This document shows positions 1-8,110 of a stretch of DNA of 16,277 bases, piece by piece; position 1 is the stretch's first letter; every line of letters starts with the position of its first letter. This DNA is from Oculatellaceae cyanobacterium bins.114 (GTDB lineage: Bacteria > Cyanobacteriota > Cyanobacteriia > Elainellales > Elainellaceae): NCBI GenBank assembly GCA_033764315.1, contig JANRJA010000208.1, forward strand, positions 1-16,277, given 5' to 3'. Position numbers and translations under genes: made by a program. The notes under the pieces are model-generated. The model had not been told where the DNA came from and did not search any database. It saw only the letters and a list, made by a program, of their open reading frames with translations.

Positions 1-85
1 GCTGGGGAAGGTTCTGAGCCAGTCGCAGTTCTGTTAAAGTACGGTCTTCTTCAGCGGTCAAAAGAATGCGTAAAGGAGCAGGCAT
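1..85 (-). CDS. IS630-family transposase / HTH protein, N-terminal fragment (truncated by window edge)
   Basis: Manual translation from ATG at 85: MPAPLRILLTAEEDRTLTELRLAQNLPQ..., resembling the N-terminus of cyanobacterial IS630 HTH transposase ORFs. Not in the ORF track. Confidence 0.7.
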   Translation of the reverse strand, partial: MPAPLRILLTAEEDRTLTELRLAQNLPQ

Positions 86-140
86 AATAGGCGAATTTAG
101 CTAACGCTCTATCTTACAATTAATCCCACCCACCTACTTA
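1..140 (-). mobile_element. IS630-like insertion sequence, terminal segment (runs off the left edge)
   Basis: Minus strand reads TAAGTAGGTGGGTGGGATTAATTGTAAGAT from 140, starting at a TA dinucleotide, and a transposase-like N-terminus begins at 85. A TA target is characteristic of IS630. The family call comes from recognition, not a search. Confidence 0.65.
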
Positions 141-235
141 GTGCTCTAAAAGTAGTGATTTTAAAAATTAAGGATGTGTCCCACATAGCGAGGCACATCC
201 TTATTCCTTATTTATGTAGGACGACTGTAAGACTA
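139..235 (+). repeat. MITE-like dispersed hairpin element, copy 1 (family A)
   Basis: TAGTGCTCTAAAAGTAGTGATTTT head, then stem TAAGGATGTG (169-178) / CACATCCTTA (194-203), ending ...GACTA. Homologous to 12129-12206 and 15974-16050. Right boundary uncertain. Confidence 0.75.
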
Positions 236-238
236 CCG

Positions 239-442
239 CTATTCCGCTGAATGGCGCACTTCTCTCAAACAGTCAGGATCAACATAGTGGCACGTAGAAT
301 CGTCTTGGCAGATTAAAGCCCATCCAGATTGATCAATGCTAATCAATTTGTAAACTGTGTATCGAACAAAAGCCCCTTTATGGTTGCGAGTTCCAGCATC
401 GACACCGAAGTAATAACCATCACTAGAATCATGAGTAGTCAT
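239..442 (-). CDS. Hypothetical small protein (67 aa)
   Basis: ATG start with an upstream AGGA, no overlap with other genes, and an AT-rich upstream region. No recognisable family. Confidence 0.45.
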   Translation of the reverse strand: MTTHDSSDGYYFGVDAGTRNHKGAFVRYTVYKLISIDQSGWALICQDDSTCHYVDPDCLREVRHSAE

Positions 443-469
443 ATAAGATCCTGTTAGAAAATTTTGTTT

Positions 470-498
470 TACTAATAAATGAAAACAATTTATTAGTA
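470..498. promoter_or_regulatory. 11-bp perfect inverted repeat (candidate operator)
   Basis: TACTAATAAAT (470-480) - 7 nt - ATTTATTAGTA (488-498), about 28 bp upstream of the small ORF start. Confidence 0.4.
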
Positions 499-794
499 CT
501 TTTTAGTTAAGTTAATTTTATATCTAAAACTACAATGCGAGTGTTAAGTTCCATGAGGCTGTAATACGTAATTCTTTTTCGCTTGACTAACGTCGCACTT
601 TTGAGTGTAACCCTATCCAAGGGTTCCCCTAGTTAAGATTCAAACTCTCAGTCCACATCGGACGTTTGGCAAAGTTCAGATGTTCGGCGAAGCTTAGTCG
701 AGCTGCGGACTTCGTTCTAATAGCCGTGAATTCATCTACCGAGTTCAGTCGCTGTTGCAGAAATGCTAGATGGAAGAGTTGCTACCTACGTCTT

Positions 795-951
795 ACATTT
801 CATTAGACCAACTTATTAATACCCCGTGTGCGACTTTCCCCAGATCCCCGGTTGCTGTGACGCAAATCAGACTACTGTGAGGATGCTAAACGAGCAACCG
901 GGGATCTAAACCTCTAAGTTGCACACATTTCATTAGACCAACTTATTAATA
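795..951. repeat. Nested inverted-repeat element (family B) flanked by an exact 27-bp direct repeat
   Basis: ACATTTCATTAGACCAACTTATTAATA at 795-821 and 925-951. Outer IR GTGTGCGACTT (826-836) / AAGTTGCACAC (916-926). Inner perfect 15-bp IR AGATCCCCGGTTGCT (842-856) / AGCAACCGGGGATCT (893-907). Confidence 0.85.
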
Positions 952-1099
952 GTGACTGATGGGATTATTGGTGGAGTGCCTTCAATATCAATTAGCTGTA
1001 TAAAATTATTCAAATTAGCCATGTATGAGCCGAGAGGCAGCATTTCCTTTGGCTTTGAGTCGGCTTAACCGCTGTCCACGGAATGGATTGATTTTATCT

Positions 1100-1221
1100 A
1101 TAGAGCCAAATCTATTCATAGACTTTTATCTATAAGTTTTGGTAAATCAAATCATTAAATAAATAAGTTATTGATAGATTTTTTATTATGCTTACTTCGT
1201 GTAGCATAGTTTCATTGCTAT
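1100..1221 (+). promoter_or_regulatory. NdhR (CcmR) operator cluster, ATAG-N8-CTAT boxes
   Basis: Perfect boxes at 1100-1115, 1118-1133 and 1206-1221, plus ATAG-N8-TTAT at 1174-1189, upstream of ndhF3, a known NdhR target operon. Confidence 0.75.
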
Positions 1222-1313
1222 AACATTCAGTCTTTTTCACCTGAAATAGCCGCCCAAATGCAGGCAGCGATCGCTGCCCAATTTCTCCTACTTTGATGTT
1301 GCAAAGGTGTTCT

Positions 1314-3176
1314 ATGATTCAATTCCTTGCACAAACTGCCTGGTTAATTCCGGTTTATCCACTGATTGGCATGTTGCTGTCTACTCTGTGGTTTCCGTCG
1401 GTAACTCGTCGCACGGGTCCTAGACCAGCAGGCTACGTCAATGCCATCACGACATTAGTCGCTTTTATTCATTCGATTGCAGCGTTTTTTGGGGTTTGGC
1501 AACAACCCCCTCACTATGATTTTTTCCCCTGGTTACAAGTAGCAGGTCTCAATTTGACCATTCCGGTTGAGATCTCGGCACTCACAATGGGAGCCATGAT
1601 CTTAATCACTGGATTAAACTTGACGGCACAAATCTATGCTGTTGGCTATCTAGAAATGGATTGGGGTTGGGCACGGTTTTATGCCCTGCTGGCTTTATTT
1701 GAAGCGGGCATGTGTGCCTTAGTCCTTTGTAATTCTCTGTTCTTTAGCTATGTCATTCTCGAAGTTTTGACACTAGCAACTTATTTATTAGTCGGATTTT
1801 GGCTCAACCAACCATTGGTGGTCACAGGAGCACGAGATGCATTTTTGACAAAACGGGTAGGGGATTTGTTTTTGCTGATGGGTGTTTTGGCAATCTATCC
1901 CTTAGCAGGCACTTGGGATTTCAATGAGCTAGCAACTTGGGCACAAACAGCTGATGTTGATCCAACCGTTGCCACATTGGTTGGTCTGGCTTTGTTAGCC
2001 GGTCCGATGGGCAAATGTGCTCAATTCCCTCTGCATCTATGGCTCGATGAAGCGATGGAGGGGCCAATGCCCAGCACCATTTTGCGAAACTCGGTGGTCG
2101 TTGCAACGGGTGCCTGGGTCTTGGTTAAGTTAGCCCCGGTCTTGGCAATTTCTCCCATCGTATTGCAAGCAACGATCGCTATTGGTGCCCTCACAGCCCT
2201 GGGTGGAACGTTGATCGCGATCGCCCAAATTGATATTAAACGAGTCTTGTCTTATCTGGTGGGTGCCTACATGGGCTTGACTTTTATTGCAGTCGGCACG
2301 CAACAAACTGAAGCAGCGTTGTTGATTGTGTTAACCCATGCTCTAGCAATGGCAACGTTAGTGATGAGTTGTGGTTCCATCGTGTTAAACAACATCACTC
2401 AAGATGTGACTCAGTTGGGTGGGTTGTGGAGCCGTCGTCCAGTGACAGGGCTATCTTACATTGCTGCTTCTCTGGGGTTAATCGCATTGCCTCCACTGGG
2501 CGGATTTTGGTCACTGCTGAAATTAGCAGATGGGTTATGGGAAACTCGCCCCGTTTTGGTGGGTCTGTTACTCGTCATTAATGCTCTAGTAGGATTTGCA
2601 GTCACTCGTGTGTTTGGCTTGCTGTTTGCTAATAAACCGAAAGCTATGACTGTGCGATCGCCCGAAAATCTTTGGGCAATCACGTTGCCAATGGTCTTTG
2701 GGGCAGCGTTTACATTGCATCTGCCGCTAATTATGCAAAGTTTGTCGCTACTTCCCAGTTGGGCAATGCTCAATCGAGATGTGGCATTGTTACTCACCTG
2801 GTCTAGCATCTTTGGTGTCAGCATCAGTGCGATCGTTTATGTTGGCAACGTCATTCCCAAGCCAATCGCGTTGCCTTCAAAAGCGTTACAAAATCTGTTT
2901 GCCTATGATTTCTACACTCCCAAAATCTATAAATCTAGCGTTGTAGGCAGCGTCGATATCATTTCTCGCGTGACAGACTGGCTCGATCGTTACATCGTTG
3001 ATGGGTTAGTCAATTTAGTTGGTTTGACATCTATTTTGGGCGGTGAATTGTTGAAATATAGCACCTCTGGCAAAACTCAAGCCTATGCATTGACGATTGT
3101 CTTTGGAGTTGCAATTATCGGCATTCTCACAAGCTGGTCTTTCCTCTCTGATCTCACATTAATCATTGGAGACTAA
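1314..3176 (+). CDS. ndhF3: NAD(P)H-quinone oxidoreductase subunit F3 (NDH-1MS CO2 uptake)
   Basis: NdhF/NuoL motifs GKCAQFPLHLWLDEAMEGP and ARDAFLTKRVGD, N-terminal RRTGPRPAGYVN, adjacent to ndhD/cupA/cupS. Start moved from TTG 1293 to ATG 1314 (AAAGGTG just upstream). Confidence 0.93.
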   Translation: MIQFLAQTAWLIPVYPLIGMLLSTLWFPSVTRRTGPRPAGYVNAITTLVAFIHSIAAFFGVWQQPPHYDFFPWLQVAGLNLTIPVEISALTMGAMILITGLNLTAQIYAVGYLEMDWGWARFYALLALFEAGMCALVLCNSLFFSYVILEVLTLATYLLVGFWLNQPLVVTGARDAFLTKRVGDLFLLMGVLAIYPLAGTWDFNELATWAQTADVDPTVATLVGLALLAGPMGKCAQFPLHLWLDEAMEGPMPSTILRNSVVVATGAWVLVKLAPVLAISPIVLQATIAIGALTALGGTLIAIAQIDIKRVLSYLVGAYMGLTFIAVGTQQTEAALLIVLTHALAMATLVMSCGSIVLNNITQDVTQLGGLWSRRPVTGLSYIAASLGLIALPPLGGFWSLLKLADGLWETRPVLVGLLLVINALVGFAVTRVFGLLFANKPKAMTVRSPENLWAITLPMVFGAAFTLHLPLIMQSLSLLPSWAMLNRDVALLLTWSSIFGVSISAIVYVGNVIPKPIALPSKALQNLFAYDFYTPKIYKSSVVGSVDIISRVTDWLDRYIVDGLVNLVGLTSILGGELLKYSTSGKTQAYALTIVFGVAIIGILTSWSFLSDLTLIIGD

Positions 3177-3295
3177 CCAGTTAGTTGTTCGTTGTCAGTC
3201 ATCAATCGTTCATGTTAATCGTTTGGTGCTGGTTTGCTAATCGACTAACTGATGACCCATGACTAATAACCCTTGACCATTGACCATTCGCCAAT
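3177..3295. repeat. Degenerate STRR-like heptamer repeats
   Basis: TGACCAT-TGACCAT, TGACCCA, TGACTAA and GACTAAC units, with a loosely complementary GTCAGTCATC block upstream. Confidence 0.5.
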
Positions 3296-3316
3296 CTATT
3301 TTCCGCATAACTTCCT

Positions 3317-4819
3317 ATGCTCAGCACATTAATCTGGATACCCATTATTGGTGCCGCCATTCTCGCTTTTTTACCTAAAGGATTAGCGGCAAATCAAATC
3401 CGATGGACTGCCTTTGCAATATCAGGTGCGATCTCTCTCTGGTCGTTGTTCATTTTGGCTCAGTTTGACCTGACGAATTCGGGGATGCAATTTCAGGAAA
3501 ATCTTCCTTGGATTGAAACCCTGGGGTTGAACTATCAACTGGGAGTCGATGGACTATCAATGTTGCTCCTGGTGCTCAACACCTTTTTAACGTGGATTGC
3601 TATCTTTAGCAGTAGTCCCACAACCGATCGCCCCCGACTCTTCTATTCTTTAATTTTGTTAGTTAGCGGTGGGGTCGCAGGCGCATTTCTGGCACAAAAC
3701 CTGTTGCTGTTCTTCCTGTTCTACGAATTAGAACTTGTTCCCTTCTACCTATTGATTTCGATTTGGGGTGGCCCTAAGCGCAATTATGCGGCTGTCAAAT
3801 TTCTGATCTATACCGCCACGTCAGGCGCGTTGATCTTGGCCGCTTTCTTAGGACTGATCTGGCTCACCCAATCCTCTACCTTTGCCTATGAAGCGTTGCT
3901 AGGGCAAACCCTGCCATTAGGATTGCAGCTTCTATTGTTAGGAACATTACTGGTTGGGTTTGGCATCAAAATTCCCCTCGTGCCGTTTCACACTTGGTTG
4001 CCTGATACCTACGTTGAGGCATCTGCACCTGTTGCAATCTTGTTAGGCGGTGTGTTGGCAAAGCTGGGAGCTTACGGTATTTTTCGGTTTGGGTTGGGGC
4101 TATTTCCTGAAGCCTGGGGTTACTTGGCTCCTTGGTTGGCGATTTGGGCAGCGGTCAGCATTATGTATGGTGCATTAGCGGCGATCGCCCAAAAAGATAT
4201 TAAGCGGATGGTTGCCTACAGTTCCATCGGGCACATGGGTTACATCCTCTTGGGGGGTGCGGCATTGACGACTCTGAGTGTGGTAGGAGCTATCTCACAA
4301 ATGGTGGCTCATGGATTGATTTTGGCAATTTTGTTCCACTTAGTAGGTGTCATTGAAACTAAAGTAGGCACCCGTGAATTGGATGTGTTGAATGGGTTGA
4401 TGAACCCCATTCGAGGATTGCCCTCGGTGAGCGCGTTATTGGTGTTAGGGGGCATGGCAAGTGCTGGAATTCCAGGGTTAGCTGGATTCATTGCTGAATT
4501 CTTGATTTTCCAAGGTAGTTACTCTGCGTTTCCTTGGCAAACCTTGCTCGCTGTCGTGGGAACGGGTCTAACCGCCGTGTATTTCGTGATTCTGCTCAAT
4601 CGCACTTGTTTCGGGAAATTGGACAACGCCACGGCGTACTATCCTAAAGTCACCTGGAGCGACAAAGCACCCGCATTGGTACTTGCAGCTCTGATTATTT
4701 TTCTAGGCATCCAACCGTCTTGGCTCGTCCGTTGGAGCGAACCCACCAGCACAGCAATGGTTGCTTCGGTTCCGGCGATCGCCCCTGAAAACGTGCAACT
4801 CGCGATTAACGACCACTAG
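3317..4819 (+). CDS. ndhD3: NAD(P)H-quinone oxidoreductase subunit D3 (NuoM-like)
   Basis: Motifs IKIPLVPFHTWLPDTYVEAS, DIKRMVAYSSIGHMG and GIPGLAGFIAEF. Lies between ndhF3 and cupA. Confidence 0.93.
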   Translation: MLSTLIWIPIIGAAILAFLPKGLAANQIRWTAFAISGAISLWSLFILAQFDLTNSGMQFQENLPWIETLGLNYQLGVDGLSMLLLVLNTFLTWIAIFSSSPTTDRPRLFYSLILLVSGGVAGAFLAQNLLLFFLFYELELVPFYLLISIWGGPKRNYAAVKFLIYTATSGALILAAFLGLIWLTQSSTFAYEALLGQTLPLGLQLLLLGTLLVGFGIKIPLVPFHTWLPDTYVEASAPVAILLGGVLAKLGAYGIFRFGLGLFPEAWGYLAPWLAIWAAVSIMYGALAAIAQKDIKRMVAYSSIGHMGYILLGGAALTTLSVVGAISQMVAHGLILAILFHLVGVIETKVGTRELDVLNGLMNPIRGLPSVSALLVLGGMASAGIPGLAGFIAEFLIFQGSYSAFPWQTLLAVVGTGLTAVYFVILLNRTCFGKLDNATAYYPKVTWSDKAPALVLAALIIFLGIQPSWLVRWSEPTSTAMVASVPAIAPENVQLAINDH

Positions 4820-4833
4820 GAAAAGATAAATAA

Positions 4834-4860
4834 GTACAGACGCGATTAATCGCGTCTCTC
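4834..4860. repeat. REP-like palindrome
   Basis: Perfect 20-bp palindrome AGACGCGATTAATCGCGTCT (4838-4857) preceded by GTAC, a common cyanobacterial intergenic palindrome type. Confidence 0.7.
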
Positions 4861-4893
4861 CATCCCTACATCTCTACTCCCCCTTTACCTCCT

Positions 4894-6207
4894 ATGACAA
4901 CCACCCTCGAACTCCCCACTCCTGCCCCGACCAAGATTCCTCCCTCACATCACGAATTTGCCGATATCATTCATCGCCTTGAAGCAGGCGGTTCTATGCT
5001 GCCTGACACGCCTGAAAACTTGATGCAGATCATCGGGTTGTATAAGGCTTATGCCGTGCCAATGGATTTTTACTGGCGCGATTTGCTCTACATTGCTGAG
5101 CATGTTTTTCTCGATCCGCTGCCTTTCTTTAAGTACTTCTTGCCTCAAGAATATCTCGATCGCCACAACCACTATTCTGGAGACGACGCTGATCTGCGGA
5201 TTTGGCGTGGAATCGGGTCAGCTCACCCAGAGTTGCTGGCATTCATGGAAAAGGGTGAGGTGAACAAAAAAATTCCTCGCTTGTTCCATCACTGGTGGCA
5301 CGATCGCATCAACATGGAATTTGCGGAAGAATGTATGCGGGCGATGCTCTGGCACGGTCGTGATATGGGTATGGGTCTATTTGATGCTTACCTAGACAGT
5401 GAGGAATATCGTCAAAACGCCGATCGCGCCATCAAAGCTTATTTCAAGAAGAATCCTTTGATGATGGGATTGTATAAAGCGTTTCCTGAGATGTTCTTAG
5501 AACAGTGTCGCCAAATGTCCTACTACTCCAATTTGGGCTTGTTCTGGGAAGTGATGGCTCCGGTGTTTTTTGAGATGTCTGACATCTACGACGAAGGGGG
5601 CTTTAAAGGCGTCCCTGATGCGATGAACTTCTTGGTCAATGGTATCTTTGCGATCGCCGGACGTCCCATCTATCACCACGTCTACATTGATGGTGAGTGC
5701 TTTGAGATCATTCCCAAGTCAAAGGGCTTTACCTGGTTGTATGAAGCAGCACTGCCTTATGTTGAAGCGGTATTCTATCGCACGTCCCCCTTCCGAGGCA
5801 CCAAATCTTACAACGCCCAAGCTGGACAAGTCCCCAGTGAACAAAAAGACTTCCACTACGGAGTTCTTTACGCTGACAAATTTCCAGTGGGTACAGCAGG
5901 TATTCCACCCACACTGCTAGCACAAGACATGTTGCACTTCCTGCCTGATTACCTGGTGGAGTATTACAAAAAGCACTGCCGAGGTGAAGATGACATGCTA
6001 ATTCAATTAGCAGTCAGCTTTCAACGTTCGATGTACAACGTTACCTCTGCGGTCATTCAAGCCCTCCGCACGGCTTTGCTCTATCCACTCGATGACCCCA
6101 ACCCCGATCACCTGATGGCAAACCGCAAATTCTTTGAATCACAGCTCGATCGGTTCCTGCGACCCGAATCTCGGATACGGGAGATCCAGAACCAGGAGTA
6201 TCGATAA
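4894..6207 (+). CDS. cupA: CO2 hydration protein CupA (ChpY)
   Basis: 437 aa with IIHRLEAGGSMLPDTPENL, HHWWHDRINMEFAE and PFRGTKSYNAQA. Length and the downstream cupS favour CupA over CupB. Confidence 0.95.
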   Translation: MTTTLELPTPAPTKIPPSHHEFADIIHRLEAGGSMLPDTPENLMQIIGLYKAYAVPMDFYWRDLLYIAEHVFLDPLPFFKYFLPQEYLDRHNHYSGDDADLRIWRGIGSAHPELLAFMEKGEVNKKIPRLFHHWWHDRINMEFAEECMRAMLWHGRDMGMGLFDAYLDSEEYRQNADRAIKAYFKKNPLMMGLYKAFPEMFLEQCRQMSYYSNLGLFWEVMAPVFFEMSDIYDEGGFKGVPDAMNFLVNGIFAIAGRPIYHHVYIDGECFEIIPKSKGFTWLYEAALPYVEAVFYRTSPFRGTKSYNAQAGQVPSEQKDFHYGVLYADKFPVGTAGIPPTLLAQDMLHFLPDYLVEYYKKHCRGEDDMLIQLAVSFQRSMYNVTSAVIQALRTALLYPLDDPNPDHLMANRKFFESQLDRFLRPESRIREIQNQEYR

Positions 6208-6215
6208 ATGGGTTA

Positions 6216-6280
6216 AGATCCCCGGTTTTTCTTAAAAATGACTTGATAGGTCTGGCTGCCATACCAACAACCGGGGATCT
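6216..6280. repeat. Inverted-repeat element, family B core, second copy
   Basis: AGATCCCCGGTT (6216-6227) / AACCGGGGATCT (6269-6280) with a 41-nt loop. Same arms as 842-907. Confidence 0.8.
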
Positions 6281-6364
6281 AGCTCACGTTTTTGTAGGGA
6301 TGTTGATGAGACACCCTTGCAGCCAAGCTTGTATAGTCCAAATTGAAGAAATTCAGTATAAATC

Positions 6365-6766
6365 ATGCCTGACATTGTCGATATTGCAGTTGGTGCTGGC
6401 TCCTTTGAAACTCTCGTAGCTGCCGTCCAAGCGGCTGGTTTAGTAGACGTACTCAAAAGCCCAGGTCCCTTTACTGTCTTTGCTCCTAATGATGCTGCCT
6501 TTGCCAAACTTCCCCCTGGAACCGTGCAGACGCTTGTGCAAAATCCACCCCAACTGGCACGAATTTTAACCTTTCACGTCGTTCCAGGTCGGCTTAAACA
6601 AGCCGATTTAGCCCAAGTAAACACCCTTACTTCCGTGGAAGGATCTCCCATTACTGTGCGCACTGCAAAAAACTTTGAAGTGAAAAATGCAACGGTTATT
6701 GCAGCAGATATTGAAGCCGATAACGGCATTATTCACGTTATAGATAACGTCATTTTAATGGGATGA
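6365..6766 (+). CDS. cupS: Fasciclin (FAS1) domain protein CupS
   Basis: FAS1 motifs [13 protein letters not shown] and [12 protein letters not shown], 133 aa, no signal peptide, directly after cupA. Confidence 0.9.
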   Translation: MPDIVDIAVGAGSFETLVAAVQAAGLVDVLKSPGPFTVFAPNDAAFAKLPPGTVQTLVQNPPQLARILTFHVVPGRLKQADLAQVNTLTSVEGSPITVRTAKNFEVKNATVIAADIEADNGIIHVIDNVILMG

Positions 6767-6836
6767 AGTTGAAGGAAGCAGAGTTGTCAAGAAACTCCGA
6801 CGTTTAAAACGCACGAGTTTAAAGTGTGCTGAGTAT

Positions 6837-6878
6837 CGAGTGTTGTTCCCTGAAACTTATATCAGGACGCAACACTCG
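6837..6878. terminator. Hairpin between convergent genes (possible terminator)
   Basis: CGAGTGTTG (6837-6845) / CAACACTCG (6870-6878) with inner CCTGA/TCAGG. Only a short T tract follows. Confidence 0.45.
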
Positions 6879-6888
6879 TTTCCTATCT

Positions 6889-7749
6889 TTAAGGATTAGC
6901 TACATCAAATGTATTGCACTGGCTTGGGTCTCCTGACTCAATGCCCTGTTTAAACCATCGCACTCGCTGCTCTGAGCTACCGTGAGTAAACGATTCAGGC
7001 ACCACTCGTCCTCTACTCTGCTGTTGCAAGCGATCGTCTCCAATACTACTCGCTGCATTGAGTGCCTCTTCCACATCTCCCGCTTCTAAGACTTGGCGCG
7101 ATCGCTCTGCATTGTGTGCCCAAATTCCGGCAAAACAATCAGCTTGTAACTCCAGTCGCACCGAGAGTTGATTGGCTTCCCTTTCGCTCACTTGACCTTG
7201 CAGCGATCGCACCTGATCTGAAATTCCCATTAATTTTTGCACGTGATGCCCCACTTCATGAGCAATCACATAAGCCTGAGCAAAGTCACCCGGAGCCTGA
7301 TAACGATTTTGCAGATCGTCGTAGAAACTCAAGTCAATATAAACCTTCTGGTCTTGAGGGCAATAAAACGGCCCCATTGCGGCTTGACCATATCCACAAG
7401 CGGTCTCAGTGCTACCTGAAAACAACACTAATGTTGGCTCAACATAGGTTTCACCCGCTTGTTGAAAGATACTGCTCCACGTATCTTCAGTGTCTGCTAG
7501 AACAACGGAGACAAAATCGGCTTGAGGATCATCCTTCAAAGAACCCGGATCAACGGGAGTTTCATACCCCTCTTCCCCGGTTGAAGTTCCCTGATTAAAC
7601 ACAACACTTGGATCACCACCCAACAGCGTCACCAATAGGGCTAAAGCGAGGGTGCCAAGACCGATGCCGCCACCGACCACAGGACCAGAAATCCTTGAAC
7701 CCCGCCGATCTTCAACATTATCGCTCCGACGACCTAGCTGCCACCGCAT
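6889..7749 (-). CDS. YpfJ-like neutral zinc metallopeptidase
   Basis: [16 protein letters not shown]-terminus, TM segment, [21 protein letters not shown] (HExxH), [20 protein letters not shown]. Confidence 0.9.
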   Translation of the reverse strand: MRWQLGRRSDNVEDRRGSRISGPVVGGGIGLGTLALALLVTLLGGDPSVVFNQGTSTGEEGYETPVDPGSLKDDPQADFVSVVLADTEDTWSSIFQQAGETYVEPTLVLFSGSTETACGYGQAAMGPFYCPQDQKVYIDLSFYDDLQNRYQAPGDFAQAYVIAHEVGHHVQKLMGISDQVRSLQGQVSEREANQLSVRLELQADCFAGIWAHNAERSRQVLEAGDVEEALNAASSIGDDRLQQQSRGRVVPESFTHGSSEQRVRWFKQGIESGDPSQCNTFDVANP

Positions 7750-7897
7750 GAATATTTTCCAAATGCTTCGCTTTTAGTTTAAGAGCTTAATCTAAAATTA
7801 GAAATTCACTTGAAGAGTTATCTTTATACACTGTTTAATGACTATTACTAAACTTTTGAAATAGGTCTTCAGGAAGGTATAGGTCATAGTCGATAGG

Positions 7898-7990
7898 TAT
7901 AGCGATCCTAAATCGTTTGTGAAAGGACTTTTGCAAAGGGTAGGCACGTTCACAAACAACCTTTTTCACAAATCCAATAAGATGGCTCTA
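7898..7990. repeat. Degenerate TA-bounded MITE-like element (family C)
   Basis: TATAGCGATCCTAAATCGTTTGTGAAA (7898-7924) versus the reverse complement of TTTCACAAATCCAATAAGATGGCTCTA (7964-7990): 19/27 identical, with the inner 9 bp perfect. Confidence 0.6.
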
Positions 7991-8110
7991 CAGCTTCACT
8001 TAAACGGTTTTAATCCAAGTAATCTTTCCTAAGATAGTTCTCATTTTTAGTTCTATTTTGCACCTTTAAAAGGGCAATTAAATTGCTGTTTCACTTTTAT
8101 CGCCATAGCT

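Noticed and set aside
795..951. Mini CRISPR array (two 27-bp repeats)
   Set aside because: Only two repeats, the 103-nt spacer is itself a dispersed IR element, there is no typical CRISPR repeat terminus, and no cas genes are present.
1293..1313. TTG start of ndhF3 in the ORF track
   Set aside because: ATG 1314 has an SD-like motif and gives the family-typical N-terminus.
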